From: a virus
Lineage: Duplodnaviria; Caudoviricetes
Length of the DNA stretch: 64,000 nt
Reading direction: 5' to 3' (one strand)
Virus record (IMG/VR): IMGVR_UViG_3300012665_000962
Location: 1 to 64,000 of that record
Under the pieces are notes generated by a model. The model did not search any database. It saw nothing but the letters and a program-made list of their open reading frames with translations, and was not told the origin of the DNA. The translations under genes were made by a program, and so were the position numbers. Positions 17,464 to 26,330 of this stretch are shown here, in pieces. The number at the start of each line of letters is the position of its first letter. Positions within the stretch are counted from its first letter, which is position 1.

Positions 17464-17855
17464 TACGCTACTACATTTCTAATTTGAAATTGATTTACAG
17501 CCTGATTTACTCTGTAACCTAATTTTGACGTTGCTGATCTATTTTGATTTAAAATAGTACTGACAATAGATGATAGTTCTAGACTTTCTAAACCCCTAAG
17601 AGTATCTAACAAAGAATTAACTGAAATATTTTCAATTTTTGCTTGTTTTAAAAGAATAATTGCTGTGACTATTGATGCTTGCTGCCCAAATCCTTTTTGT
17701 TCTAAAAACCCAACTGCCGAATCAACATCGCCGGATTTATATTCTTCGCCGGGGTTAGCATAGTTGTTAAAATATACTTTGGCAAAATCTGCGCTGTCAA
17801 CACTTTCAGATTGAGCTGGTAGATTTGATTTGATTTGTGATGGGAAATTATTCAA
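17463..17855 (-). CDS. Hypothetical protein in tail gene cluster, 130 aa
   Basis: ORF coupled to both neighbours. Confidence 0.65.
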   Translation of the reverse strand: MNNFPSQIKSNLPAQSESVDSADFAKVYFNNYANPGEEYKSGDVDSAVGFLEQKGFGQQASIVTAIILLKQAKIENISVNSLLDTLRGLESLELSSIVSTILNQNRSATSKLGYRVNQAVNQFQIRNVVA

Positions 17856-18960
17856 TTAATTTAACTCCAATATTAGAGTTAGTAAAACTAGTCCCAGATG
17901 GACTGCCAAAACTAACACCAGGAAGGCCGCTTGTAACATTGCTGACAGCATTTGGCGATAGCAAAATATTTGTAGCATCTGCTATTAAACTTTGTTCACT
18001 GATACTAGCCACACTCTTGTAAAAATTAACAGCTTTAATTGCTGTTTGTAATATGCCTCGATCAGCGCCTGCTGCGTCGCCGCCTTCATAATAGTCTTTA
18101 AAAATTGTTGCCGAATCAGCAAGAATTTCATCAGCTTGCCCAAACACTCCAGTAAGACCAAAAATACTTGGATTTACACCACCACCGAGACTTAATGGGC
18201 TTGGAGTTTTGTCGTAGTGTATTGTTCCAAATTGTGGCGGAAATTTGCCATTTTTAGTGACTACTCCCTGTCCATACATCACGCTTTCGTAGGCAACGGT
18301 CATGTTGCTTTCAAGGGTGCCATTGCTGGCAGATTGATCTACGCTGCCGTGACTCCAATTAACTATTCTTGGATTAATTAATTTGTATCCATTCCATGAT
18401 TTTCTAGCCAATGTGTAAATTTGTATAGAATTAAAAAAACTTTGATCGCTACCGTTTTGATCTAGGCCGTATCTAGGCCCTCCCCGTGCTATCCAATAAG
18501 GGCTTCCCGCTGTTGACCCAGGGTCGGCATGAGCACTGGCGGTTTCTAAGAATCGTTCTGGAGAATGATATCCGTAGTATAACGCATATAACGAATTAGT
18601 AATACCTAAATTGTCATCGTGAAATGTAAGATTTAACGGCTCAAATTTTATATCTTTATATACAACTTTCTTTTTGTTGTACATGTTTTTAATTTCGTGT
18701 TCCATGGTAACTTTAGGCAAATCTGCTGACTTGACTAAAAGTCCGGCTTCTAACTGATGTCTAAGTTTCCACGATGCTGATCGAACTGCTGAGGGATTTA
18801 GTTCAAAATACACATAGTACATGAACTTTGTTCGAGGAGCTCGAGCAAAGGTATGATCAGTATAAAGGCGAGCAGCGTGGCGGGCGTCGCCAAGGTTTCC
18901 CTTGGGATTTAATACCCCTTCGCCAACGCCTTGTAAAAATCTAGTGAATTTATCTGACAT
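17848..18960 (-). CDS. Tail-tube-fold baseplate/tube initiator protein (gp54/gp48-like), 370 aa
   Basis: SADLPKVTMEHEIKNMYNKKKVV..DIKFEPLNLTFHDD parallels the tube protein motif; directly downstream of the tube gene. Confidence 0.65.
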   Translation of the reverse strand: MSDKFTRFLQGVGEGVLNPKGNLGDARHAARLYTDHTFARAPRTKFMYYVYFELNPSAVRSASWKLRHQLEAGLLVKSADLPKVTMEHEIKNMYNKKKVVYKDIKFEPLNLTFHDDNLGITNSLYALYYGYHSPERFLETASAHADPGSTAGSPYWIARGGPRYGLDQNGSDQSFFNSIQIYTLARKSWNGYKLINPRIVNWSHGSVDQSASNGTLESNMTVAYESVMYGQGVVTKNGKFPPQFGTIHYDKTPSPLSLGGGVNPSIFGLTGVFGQADEILADSATIFKDYYEGGDAAGADRGILQTAIKAVNFYKSVASISEQSLIADATNILLSPNAVSNVTSGLPGVSFGSPSGTSFTNSNIGVKLIE

Positions 18961-18965
18961 GCAAT

Positions 18966-18971
18966 TATTTA
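18966..18971 (-). promoter_or_regulatory. Late promoter-like TAAATA, 5 nt before ATG 18960
   Basis: minus acTAAATAattgcATG. Confidence 0.65.
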
Positions 18972-18976
18972 GTCGT

Positions 18977-19007
18977 AAAAAAAGCCCGACTTTAAATCGG
19001 GCTTTTT
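18977..19007. terminator. Bidirectional intrinsic terminator after the tail tube gene
   Basis: aaaaaaagcccga-ctttaaa-tcgggcttttt. Confidence 0.8.
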
Positions 19008-19023
19008 AATTACTAGGTAACTA

Positions 19024-19665
19024 TTACAGACCGCCACCACCAGTTGATAGTGCGCCAATTGTTCTAGCACCAATATTACGGCCAATACCATCAACGCCGC
19101 CGCCTTTGTACTGAATAGCATTATCGTATCTAATAGCTAATGCTATACTAGCTGCTTCGTTAGTTGTGTAGTTTAGATCGCCGTAGTCAATGTTTTGTAC
19201 AAAACAACCGTAGCATTCAAATGTTTCTAATGTGTTTGGTGTTTGTGTTCCATTGCCGCCGTCTAACACTTCAATAACTGTGGTAAACTTATAATCTTGT
19301 CCAGATGCTGCGCCAGACTGTTCGAAGAAGTCAAATTGTTTCTGAATTTGTTCTCCGCACAATCTTTGGATTGCGCCAGTAGCGTCATCTCTAACGTTGA
19401 GTGTTAACGGCTCCCAATTGTGTCTACCAGCTAGATATACTCTAGAATTGTAAACTGGAAGTTCGATTTCTTCAAAGTTAATCTTAGGACGAGTAATGTC
19501 CATAACTTGTTTTGTTAGCTCTGTGGGCACCGTACCGTTAGCACCGAAGCCCTGTAGTGTGACCCTAAATCTATACTTTAGCTTAGGCATCAACAAGCCT
19601 TGACTTGACGATGAAGCATCAGTTGCTAAGGGTACTGATAATTTTGATAGTGTTGAAATTGCCAT
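19024..19665 (-). CDS. Tail tube protein (T4 gp19-like), 213 aa
   Basis: PKLKYRFRV, RPKINFEEIELPVYNSRVYLAGRHNWEPLTLNVRDD, DYGDLNY; follows sheath. Confidence 0.85.
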   Translation of the reverse strand: MAISTLSKLSVPLATDASSSSQGLLMPKLKYRFRVTLQGFGANGTVPTELTKQVMDITRPKINFEEIELPVYNSRVYLAGRHNWEPLTLNVRDDATGAIQRLCGEQIQKQFDFFEQSGAASGQDYKFTTVIEVLDGGNGTQTPNTLETFECYGCFVQNIDYGDLNYTTNEAASIALAIRYDNAIQYKGGGVDGIGRNIGARTIGALSTGGGGL

Positions 19666-19687
19666 ATCTGTTTGCTCCGGGTAATGT

Positions 19688-19693
19688 TATTTA
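19688..19693 (-). promoter_or_regulatory. Late promoter-like TAAATA for the tube gene
   Basis: minus gaTAAATA, 22-nt leader with GGAG SD. Confidence 0.6.
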
Positions 19694-19702
19694 TCACGAA
19701 TC

Positions 19703-19722
19703 AAAAGGGGTATAAACCCCTT
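19703..19722 (-). terminator. Hairpin between sheath and tube genes
   Basis: aaggggt-ataa-acccctt with a short U-run on the minus strand. Confidence 0.45.
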
Positions 19723-19726
19723 CTAA

Positions 19727-22700
19727 TTACGATGCTCTTGCGCCCTGAATCTCTCCTGTATTCTTAAGTCTTAATGGTATGTAGATAAATTCAATAGCTT
19801 TTACAGGTTCTATTGCAATATCAACATACAACTCGTTTCTGTCTATTCTTGCTGGTGTATTGTTTGTTTCATCACAAACAACAGCATAGTCATAGATTGC
19901 TCGTAAACCAGTCAACTCTAACAATAGACTTTCAATTGCCTGTTTGATTTCGTCTCTAGTGATCTTATCGTTAGGTTCAAAAACAAACGGTTTAGCTAGT
20001 TTATTCAACTGTGTTCTTAGATAAACTACTAGACGTGCTACGTTAATACGATCAAGTGCTGAACTTCCAGCTGATCGTGTTCTTTGTCCATAGTTAACTA
20101 GACCAACACCGTTAAAGAATGTTAATGGATTAACTTTAACATTGTACAGCGCATCACGTTGCCCTTCTGTTAAGCTCACTGATTTAAACTCTCCTGAAGT
20201 TGTGTCGATGTAACCAACTGCTGTTGCGTTGGTAATAGCACCTCTACGAATACCTGCTGGAGCAAACCATGGATAAGCAACCTGGTCACTTAGGGCAATA
20301 GTTTTTAACATCATATGACTTGCTGGAACTACAATGCTATTTCCAGTGTTGTCATTAGTTAATCCGCTTGGATAAAACACCGCTGCGTATGGATCATAAG
20401 TTACTAATCCAGCATCACCGTTGTCAGTAGCGCCGTTGGCGTTGCTGCCCCAGTTAGTTACTGAGGTAGTATCTGCTGCTAGGCGCATTGGAGTATCACC
20501 AACAACAAACGCAGTAGCGCCGCGGTCGTTGTTTAAATCAACTAGATTTTGTAAAACTTCTGGGTAACCTGGGCAAGCAATCAAATTAAAGCTACGAACT
20601 TCGTCTTCTCTAATTTGTTGGTTAGTTGTAATAGTTGCTTTTAGAGCAGCTACGATAACTTGACGCTGTGCTTTGCGACCAAATGTTGATCCAGATACTG
20701 TGACCCATCGTGCTGGCTGATAATCAGCCATTGATTGATCGCCTTGTCTTGCGTTGTCATCTTCTGTGTTAACATAATCTGCGCGATATGCTTTGACATT
20801 AAATCCACTTCTACGTGTGTTCCACAATAGCATACCTTGTGGATATAATTCTGGATCTGGTGCGTCAAAGTCTATAAAATCTGACACTAACAAATCAGCA
20901 ATATCAGCTGGCTCAGTGCTTTCTGTTCCAACGCCAGGGCCAGTAGTCCAACGAGCGTCAGCAAACAATATTCCTTCTTCGGAAGTATTGTCGCCAATGT
21001 CAATCTGAACCCATTTTAATGTATCTGTATTCCAACGATATACAGTTGGATAGTTTTCAGTATCACTGCTGTCAATCCATAAATCGCCGGCAGCAAGACT
21101 TGATGCGCCGTCGCTTTGTTTTACTGGTTTTGTAGCAGAAATTATCGGGCCTGCTGGATCAGCTGACGGAAATTCGTTTAGGTAACCTACCCAAGTATTG
21201 CCGTCGTGTACCATGATATCAATTTGATTTAATGAACTTGAATACCATAATTGACCATCTGTTGGGTCATTTAATGGAGGATCCATATCAGCTACATATC
21301 CTGTAGCAGAGCCTGCCATTGGTAACCAGTTGCTGGCAATAAAGTCGTATGATTCGCCAGCTGGAGCATCATATAAGTCAACTGTGCCGTCACCGTTTGT
21401 GATGTTAAAACCTGTGTAGCCAATGTCTGCTAGAGCATCGTTGGTGTCTAATAGTCTAAACTCGCCACCAAGTTTGTGGCTGATTACTAGTTTACTGTTA
21501 GAAACAGACGCTTCAATGTTAACTAAAGTCGAAGCATTGATTGCTTCAGCAATAGCGTTTGCGTCAGTGGCATTGCCAGCAGCAGTAAATGTTATAACTA
21601 CTGGAGCAGGAGCACTAATTCCTAACGGATCTGGTGTTCCTAGTAGTCTGCTGCCTAACACACTTTCTCTAATTGTAAATGATTTAGAACCAGCAGTTAA
21701 TGTACCTAGGCCAATTTGATCTGAAACAATAGATGTTGCTCCAGTTGTTCGTCTTACAAAAATTTTGAAACTGGCTGTTTGTGGCGTATCATCGTAGCCG
21801 GTGTCTTCTGAATAGTTATACTGAACATAAACAGCATCTTTGGAAATTTTTTCTCCACCGCTGGCTTTGTCTAGACCATAGATAGATGTGTGGCCTGTGC
21901 TGTATAGCGGAGCTACTGTTTCAATCCATGCTTTAGATGAACTATTCCATTTCTTAATTCTCCAACGAGCACCGCTGTTTGGTTCTGTTGATTTGACCCA
22001 AACTGAACCAGTTGGGCGAGGCTCTTGTGTGCCATCTTTCCATTGTGGAACTGTAGTGTGCGGAGCAATAGACAAGTCAGGAGCAAAATACTGGCCTGCT
22101 GCGAATCCAAAAATACTAGCAATAGTAATTGCTGGATTTTCTGGGCTTGTTTGGAATGTGATTGAAGCACCTTCTGTGTCAGTAGAATCACCTGATTCGT
22201 CAGTGTTGCTGGTTACAAAGAAACCAACTTTACCGTTTACTACGCCTGCTCTAACACCTTGAATAGCATAACCGTTAATAAGGCCAACCATCTCAGTAGC
22301 AAGATCGTTTCCTGAACCAACAGTAATTGAAACACCGTTAATTATAAATTTGTAACCAGTAGTAGATAGGCCTGATGACGCATATCCTGCTGTTGTAGTA
22401 ACGATTGTAGGAGATGTTCCTCTCCAATCTTTCGAACCAACTAATGTCCACGCTGCTGAAGTAGCAAGACCTGTGTAGTCTTTGCCTTTGTAAAAATATC
22501 TAATAACGTCTGATTTAGCAACTACCGCGTAGTCACCTACTTTACCAACACCGCTTGCTGGCTCGTTGCCGTCAATTTTGTCAGCATCGGCTTCTGATAA
22601 CACAATAGGAGTTTTAGCAACAAACTTTTGGCCACCGAGAGAAGCTGGAGAAGCGTCCCATTCGAAAATACCCCATTTAGTGCTTTGGGTGTCTAACCAC

Positions 22701-23104
22701 CACTGGCCGTCTGATGCTTCTGATCCTGGAACCGTTGAAGTTCCAGACAGATCATTTAAATTAATATCTGCTCTTGCGATATACGCTGTATTTGAAATTC
22801 CTAAGAAGCTGTAAGCTGCTTGGAGACCGTATTCATTTTGTTCGTCTCCATTTCTAGAACTTCCTGAAATTGTTCTTTTAAAAGTTGGAGTTCCGTAAAA
22901 GTCTACAAGTTCTCTCTGACTTGAAACTCTATATACTGTTCCAATGTTTGCTGCGAGTGTGCCTCTTGCGATGCCAGTTCCGCTAGCGTTTGATTTGTTC
23001 TGGGCTGTAGCTACGATAATGAGAGGGGTTGTCCCTGCTTCTGCTGGGGTATAAAAACTCTCGTCATTTACTGTAACTTGTACGCCTGGTGATGTTAGGG
23101 CCAT
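19727..23104 (-). CDS. Tail sheath protein (T4 gp18-like) with large insertions, 1125 aa
   Basis: MALTSPGVQV start; YPWFAPAG..RG, RINVARL, FVFEPND...TR, RNELYVDIAIEPVKAIEFIYI. Confidence 0.95.
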   Translation of the reverse strand: MALTSPGVQVTVNDESFYTPAEAGTTPLIIVATAQNKSNASGTGIARGTLAANIGTVYRVSSQRELVDFYGTPTFKRTISGSSRNGDEQNEYGLQAAYSFLGISNTAYIARADINLNDLSGTSTVPGSEASDGQWWLDTQSTKWGIFEWDASPASLGGQKFVAKTPIVLSEADADKIDGNEPASGVGKVGDYAVVAKSDVIRYFYKGKDYTGLATSAAWTLVGSKDWRGTSPTIVTTTAGYASSGLSTTGYKFIINGVSITVGSGNDLATEMVGLINGYAIQGVRAGVVNGKVGFFVTSNTDESGDSTDTEGASITFQTSPENPAITIASIFGFAAGQYFAPDLSIAPHTTVPQWKDGTQEPRPTGSVWVKSTEPNSGARWRIKKWNSSSKAWIETVAPLYSTGHTSIYGLDKASGGEKISKDAVYVQYNYSEDTGYDDTPQTASFKIFVRRTTGATSIVSDQIGLGTLTAGSKSFTIRESVLGSRLLGTPDPLGISAPAPVVITFTAAGNATDANAIAEAINASTLVNIEASVSNSKLVISHKLGGEFRLLDTNDALADIGYTGFNITNGDGTVDLYDAPAGESYDFIASNWLPMAGSATGYVADMDPPLNDPTDGQLWYSSSLNQIDIMVHDGNTWVGYLNEFPSADPAGPIISATKPVKQSDGASSLAAGDLWIDSSDTENYPTVYRWNTDTLKWVQIDIGDNTSEEGILFADARWTTGPGVGTESTEPADIADLLVSDFIDFDAPDPELYPQGMLLWNTRRSGFNVKAYRADYVNTEDDNARQGDQSMADYQPARWVTVSGSTFGRKAQRQVIVAALKATITTNQQIREDEVRSFNLIACPGYPEVLQNLVDLNNDRGATAFVVGDTPMRLAADTTSVTNWGSNANGATDNGDAGLVTYDPYAAVFYPSGLTNDNTGNSIVVPASHMMLKTIALSDQVAYPWFAPAGIRRGAITNATAVGYIDTTSGEFKSVSLTEGQRDALYNVKVNPLTFFNGVGLVNYGQRTRSAGSSALDRINVARLVVYLRTQLNKLAKPFVFEPNDKITRDEIKQAIESLLLELTGLRAIYDYAVVCDETNNTPARIDRNELYVDIAIEPVKAIEFIYIPLRLKNTGEIQGARAS

Positions 23105-23139
23105 GCCGTTCTCTCCTGATGGTTAAAACTTTGTATAGA

Positions 23140-23145
23140 TATTTA
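23140..23145 (-). promoter_or_regulatory. Late promoter-like TAAATA for the sheath gene
   Basis: minus gcTAAATA, 35-nt leader with AGGAGA SD. Confidence 0.6.
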
Positions 23146-23200
23146 GCGCCGTTTGCCAAAAATACACTGTTATAACCCTCAGGAAAGGGATGAAAAAGGG

Positions 23201-23206
23201 TAAGTA
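23201..23206 (+). promoter_or_regulatory. Late promoter variant TAAGTA, 5 nt before ATG 23212
   Basis: ggTAAGTAtttgtATG. Confidence 0.55.
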
Positions 23207-23211
23207 TTTGT

Positions 23212-23547
23212 ATGAGACCTTTATGCGAATGCGGTTTAAGACCGTCTGCGGTTAACTACCACAAAAATGGTAAAACTTTCTACAGGTCTATGTGTGAAAC
23301 TTGCTTAAAAAAAGGCAAATGCTTTGGTATACCTAAATGGCACAGAGCTGGTTATCGAAAAAAATCACAATGCGACAAATGCGGTTTTAAATCTCAACAC
23401 AAAGAAGTGTTTACGGTATATCATGCCGATGAAAATCTTAACAATTGTCGCCCTAGCAATCTTAAAACAGTCTGTGCTAACTGTCAACGAGTGTTAGCTA
23501 AAGAAGGTGTTAAATGGAAGCAAGGAGATCTAGCTGCTGATTTTTAG
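23212..23547 (+). CDS. Zn-finger HNH-like protein, 111 aa
   Basis: CEC, CETC, CDKC and CANC cysteine pairs; YHADENLNNCRPSNL HNH-like segment. Confidence 0.6.
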   Translation: MRPLCECGLRPSAVNYHKNGKTFYRSMCETCLKKGKCFGIPKWHRAGYRKKSQCDKCGFKSQHKEVFTVYHADENLNNCRPSNLKTVCANCQRVLAKEGVKWKQGDLAADF

Positions 23548-24157
23548 CTAACATTTCGCTTTGTTTAAACAGATCATTAATAGTTCCGTTATTATCGACA
23601 ACTACATCAAAGTCGGTGTTTGTCCAAGCCCATTCAGATGCGTGAATGCGGTGTATCGTTGACATTTCTTCTAACGCTGTTTTATCGCCCTGACATGCTA
23701 GTCTAGCAGTGTTAAACCAAATAGGTTCATCACCACGAACTACTCGTATTACCATGCCGCCGGCACGTTTTATAGCCGCTACTTCGTTAGGAAATCTTAC
23801 GTCACTGATTACAATGTTATCTTGGCTTTTACTGAGTTTATTTTCTAAACTAGCAATCCAAATATCGTCATTAAACCCTTTGCGGCATACTTCAGTGCCC
23901 CAATATTGTAGTACCCAACGTGGAGTTAAATTGGGCATACCTAGTCGATCTGCCCACCACGGGTCTACTTGTTCGCGCCATTCACGTGCTTCTTTAGTAC
24001 GTCCTTCTAGCATAACTCGATCCCAGCCAAACACCGCACTTACAGCATCTTTAAGTGTGTTAGCAAAACTATCCCTACGAAACTCATGAAAGTTTACCAG
24101 ATAGTCAGCAATGGTGTCTTTGCCAGTGCCAATAAAACCGCAGATTCCTATGATCAT
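23510..24157 (-). CDS. Deoxynucleoside monophosphate kinase (T4 gp1-like), 215 aa
   Basis: GFIGTGKDT P-loop, SFANTLKD, TPRWVLQYWGTE, ISDVRFPNE, HASE. Confidence 0.9.
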   Translation of the reverse strand: MIIGICGFIGTGKDTIADYLVNFHEFRRDSFANTLKDAVSAVFGWDRVMLEGRTKEAREWREQVDPWWADRLGMPNLTPRWVLQYWGTEVCRKGFNDDIWIASLENKLSKSQDNIVISDVRFPNEVAAIKRAGGMVIRVVRGDEPIWFNTARLACQGDKTALEEMSTIHRIHASEWAWTNTDFDVVVDNNGTINDLFKQSEMLAKNQQLDLLASI

Positions 24158-24196
24158 AAAAAAGCCCTCTATTTGTTATATAATAAAGGGCTTTTT
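24158..24196. terminator. Terminator-like inverted repeat overlapping the dNMP kinase promoter and RBS
   Basis: aaaaagccct-18 nt-agggcttttt. Confidence 0.6.
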
Positions 24197-24208
24197 GTTC
24201 TGTGTCAA
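24180..24208 (-). promoter_or_regulatory. Sigma70-type promoter for dNMP kinase
   Basis: minus TTGACA-17 nt-TATTAT. Confidence 0.75.
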
Positions 24209-24215
24209 GTGTGGC

Positions 24216-24980
24216 TTAGCCAATTACAAATGTATATCCTGCGTTGGCGTGTCCTGGAACATAGTTAACTAATTCCGCAGTTAATCTTTCGATGTCCGCA
24301 GCAGCTTCTTGTTTGAGGGCCGCTCCGTTTAGCTGTGTGCCTCCCTGTGGACCAGCTATGCCAGCAAATTTTTCACGAGCTTGACCTAACATCATCTTAC
24401 AATTAGCCAAAGTATAATCTTTGATCCAGATATTAGCGTAAGTGTCTGTAAGTATAGCGTGGTCTGGGCGTGTGTTGTATACCCAAAGCATTAGTTCCTC
24501 GTCGGATCTTGGTCTTTGATGTATTGTTAATTTACGACTTTGCGCATGCCAAGTAAATTGAATAAAGCTACCAAACATTTTACCCACACGTTCTTGATAT
24601 TGCGCAAATAATTCGTAGGTTAAAAGCCCGCCCATGTTTGTTGATGATAACAAATAGGTGTTTGTGTAGGCTAAGTTAAATGGTTCAAAAACAGTACCGC
24701 CGTTGCCGCCACCCGATCTTGACCCTATGCTTCTTCGATATATTTCACGTACTACCTGTATTTCTTTGGGCAGTATGTATTCGTTTTGGTCAAGTTGAAG
24801 TGTTAAAAAAGCAAAGCTCTCTTCTACGGAATTATCGCTGCGCTGCCTAAAAATAGCAAGGGCACGATCCAGTGCTGTTTCGTAGTGTTTTGGGTCTAGT
24901 TCAACATCAACCATGCCGTCGCCCAGCATAGTTTTACAGTAATCGTAGACTTTTTGTTTTTCTTGATCTAATTGGCTCAT
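24216..24980 (-). CDS. Neck protein (T4 gp13-like), 254 aa
   Basis: LGDGMVDVEL...HY..ALD.AL, WIKDYTLA..K.MLGQAREKF....GPQGG..LNG. Confidence 0.85.
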   Translation of the reverse strand: MSQLDQEKQKVYDYCKTMLGDGMVDVELDPKHYETALDRALAIFRQRSDNSVEESFAFLTLQLDQNEYILPKEIQVVREIYRRSIGSRSGGGNGGTVFEPFNLAYTNTYLLSSTNMGGLLTYELFAQYQERVGKMFGSFIQFTWHAQSRKLTIHQRPRSDEELMLWVYNTRPDHAILTDTYANIWIKDYTLANCKMMLGQAREKFAGIAGPQGGTQLNGAALKQEAAADIERLTAELVNYVPGHANAGYTFVIG

Positions 24981-24985
24981 GCTAG

Positions 24986-24991
24986 TATTTA
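24986..24991 (-). promoter_or_regulatory. Late promoter-like TAAATA, 5 nt before ATG 24980
   Basis: minus aaTAAATActagcATG. Confidence 0.65.
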
Positions 24992-25000
24992 TTGCTGCGG

Positions 25001-25006
25001 TAAATA
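25001..25006 (+). promoter_or_regulatory. Late promoter-like TAAATA, divergent from 24986-24991
   Basis: ggTAAATAtATGactATG. Confidence 0.6.
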
Positions 25007-25013
25007 TATGACT

Positions 25014-26330
25014 ATGCCAAGACTTTCATTATACAAGCCCGAAAAGGGCAACGATTACAGGTTCTTTGATCGCAATATTTGGGAAATGTTCCAAGTAGGC
25101 GGAACCGACGTTTTAATTCACAAATACGTAGGACCAGGTGCTCCGCTGCCCGGGGAAAGTACCCCAACGATCCCGCAATATACCGGTGGTATCCCTGAAC
25201 TTCAAATACAAGATCTATTATTTTTAGAAAATAGAGATCGTAAGTATGATCCTGATGTTTATGTAATGAGAGGCATATACAATATACAAGACATAGATTT
25301 TAACCTAAGTCAATTTGGTTTATTTTTACAAAACGATACAATTTTTATCACATTCCATATCAACGATACTGTAGAAAAATTAGGTCGTAAAATTATGGCA
25401 GGCGATGTATTAGAACTACCGCATCTCAAAGATGAGTATGCCCTTAATGATCTTAAGTTTGCTCTTAAAAGATTTTATGTCATACAAGAAGTTAATAGAG
25501 CAGCTGAAGGTTTTTCAGCAACATGGTATCCTCATTTATATCGAGCAAAATGTAAACCTTTGGTAGACAGTCAAGAGTTTAAACAAATTTTAGACGGTAT
25601 TGCTGACACTGAAAATTACAAAGGCGGGTGGTCATCTACAACTACCTATTATCCAGACGATGTAGTAACAGGACCAGACGGTAGAAAATACACAGTGATA
25701 TCAGAAGTCACTGGTATTACTCCTCCAAATACAACCTACTATCGAGATGCTGATACTCTTAGAGATATCATGAGTACCTATGAAACTGAAATGCAGATAA
25801 CGCAGGCAGTTTTAGATCAAGCAGAAGCCGATGCTCCAAAAAGTGGTTATGATACTTCTATGTTTTATACTGTTCCGTTAGATGACAATGGAAAAATAAA
25901 ATTAGTAACCGCCGATGGCGAAGCAGTCACAGTCGACAACAATGATCCAAACGCAGGCGTAGATGCTAGTTATGTAGTAGCACATCCAGTTAAAGATGGG
26001 TATGATAGCTATCACCAAGAGGCACTGCCGCCAAACGGTGCTCCTTTTACCAGTGGTATAGCATTTCCTTTATCTCCAGTAGAAGGTCAATTTTGTCTAC
26101 GAACAGATTATTTTCCTAAACGATTGTTTAGATATGATGGCAAACGTTGGGTCAAGTACGAAGATAATGTGCGTATGACCATGAGCAATAACGGTTCTGA
26201 TTCAGCTGAGCCAAGATTAAATCAGCGAGGAACATTTATTAACAATACCAAAGTCAATACCATTGACGGTAAACAAGTACCAGAGAAGCAAAGCCTTAGC
26301 AAGGCTTTAAGACCTAAGGCAGACGAATAA
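25014..26330 (+). CDS. Neck/head-closure protein (T4 gp14-like) with C-terminal extension
   Basis: LLFLENRDRKY, SQFGLFL.ND...ITFH, GD.LELPH; start moved from TTG 24972 to ATG 25014 (25008 also possible). Confidence 0.7.
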   Translation: MPRLSLYKPEKGNDYRFFDRNIWEMFQVGGTDVLIHKYVGPGAPLPGESTPTIPQYTGGIPELQIQDLLFLENRDRKYDPDVYVMRGIYNIQDIDFNLSQFGLFLQNDTIFITFHINDTVEKLGRKIMAGDVLELPHLKDEYALNDLKFALKRFYVIQEVNRAAEGFSATWYPHLYRAKCKPLVDSQEFKQILDGIADTENYKGGWSSTTTYYPDDVVTGPDGRKYTVISEVTGITPPNTTYYRDADTLRDIMSTYETEMQITQAVLDQAEADAPKSGYDTSMFYTVPLDDNGKIKLVTADGEAVTVDNNDPNAGVDASYVVAHPVKDGYDSYHQEALPPNGAPFTSGIAFPLSPVEGQFCLRTDYFPKRLFRYDGKRWVKYEDNVRMTMSNNGSDSAEPRLNQRGTFINNTKVNTIDGKQVPEKQSLSKALRPKADE

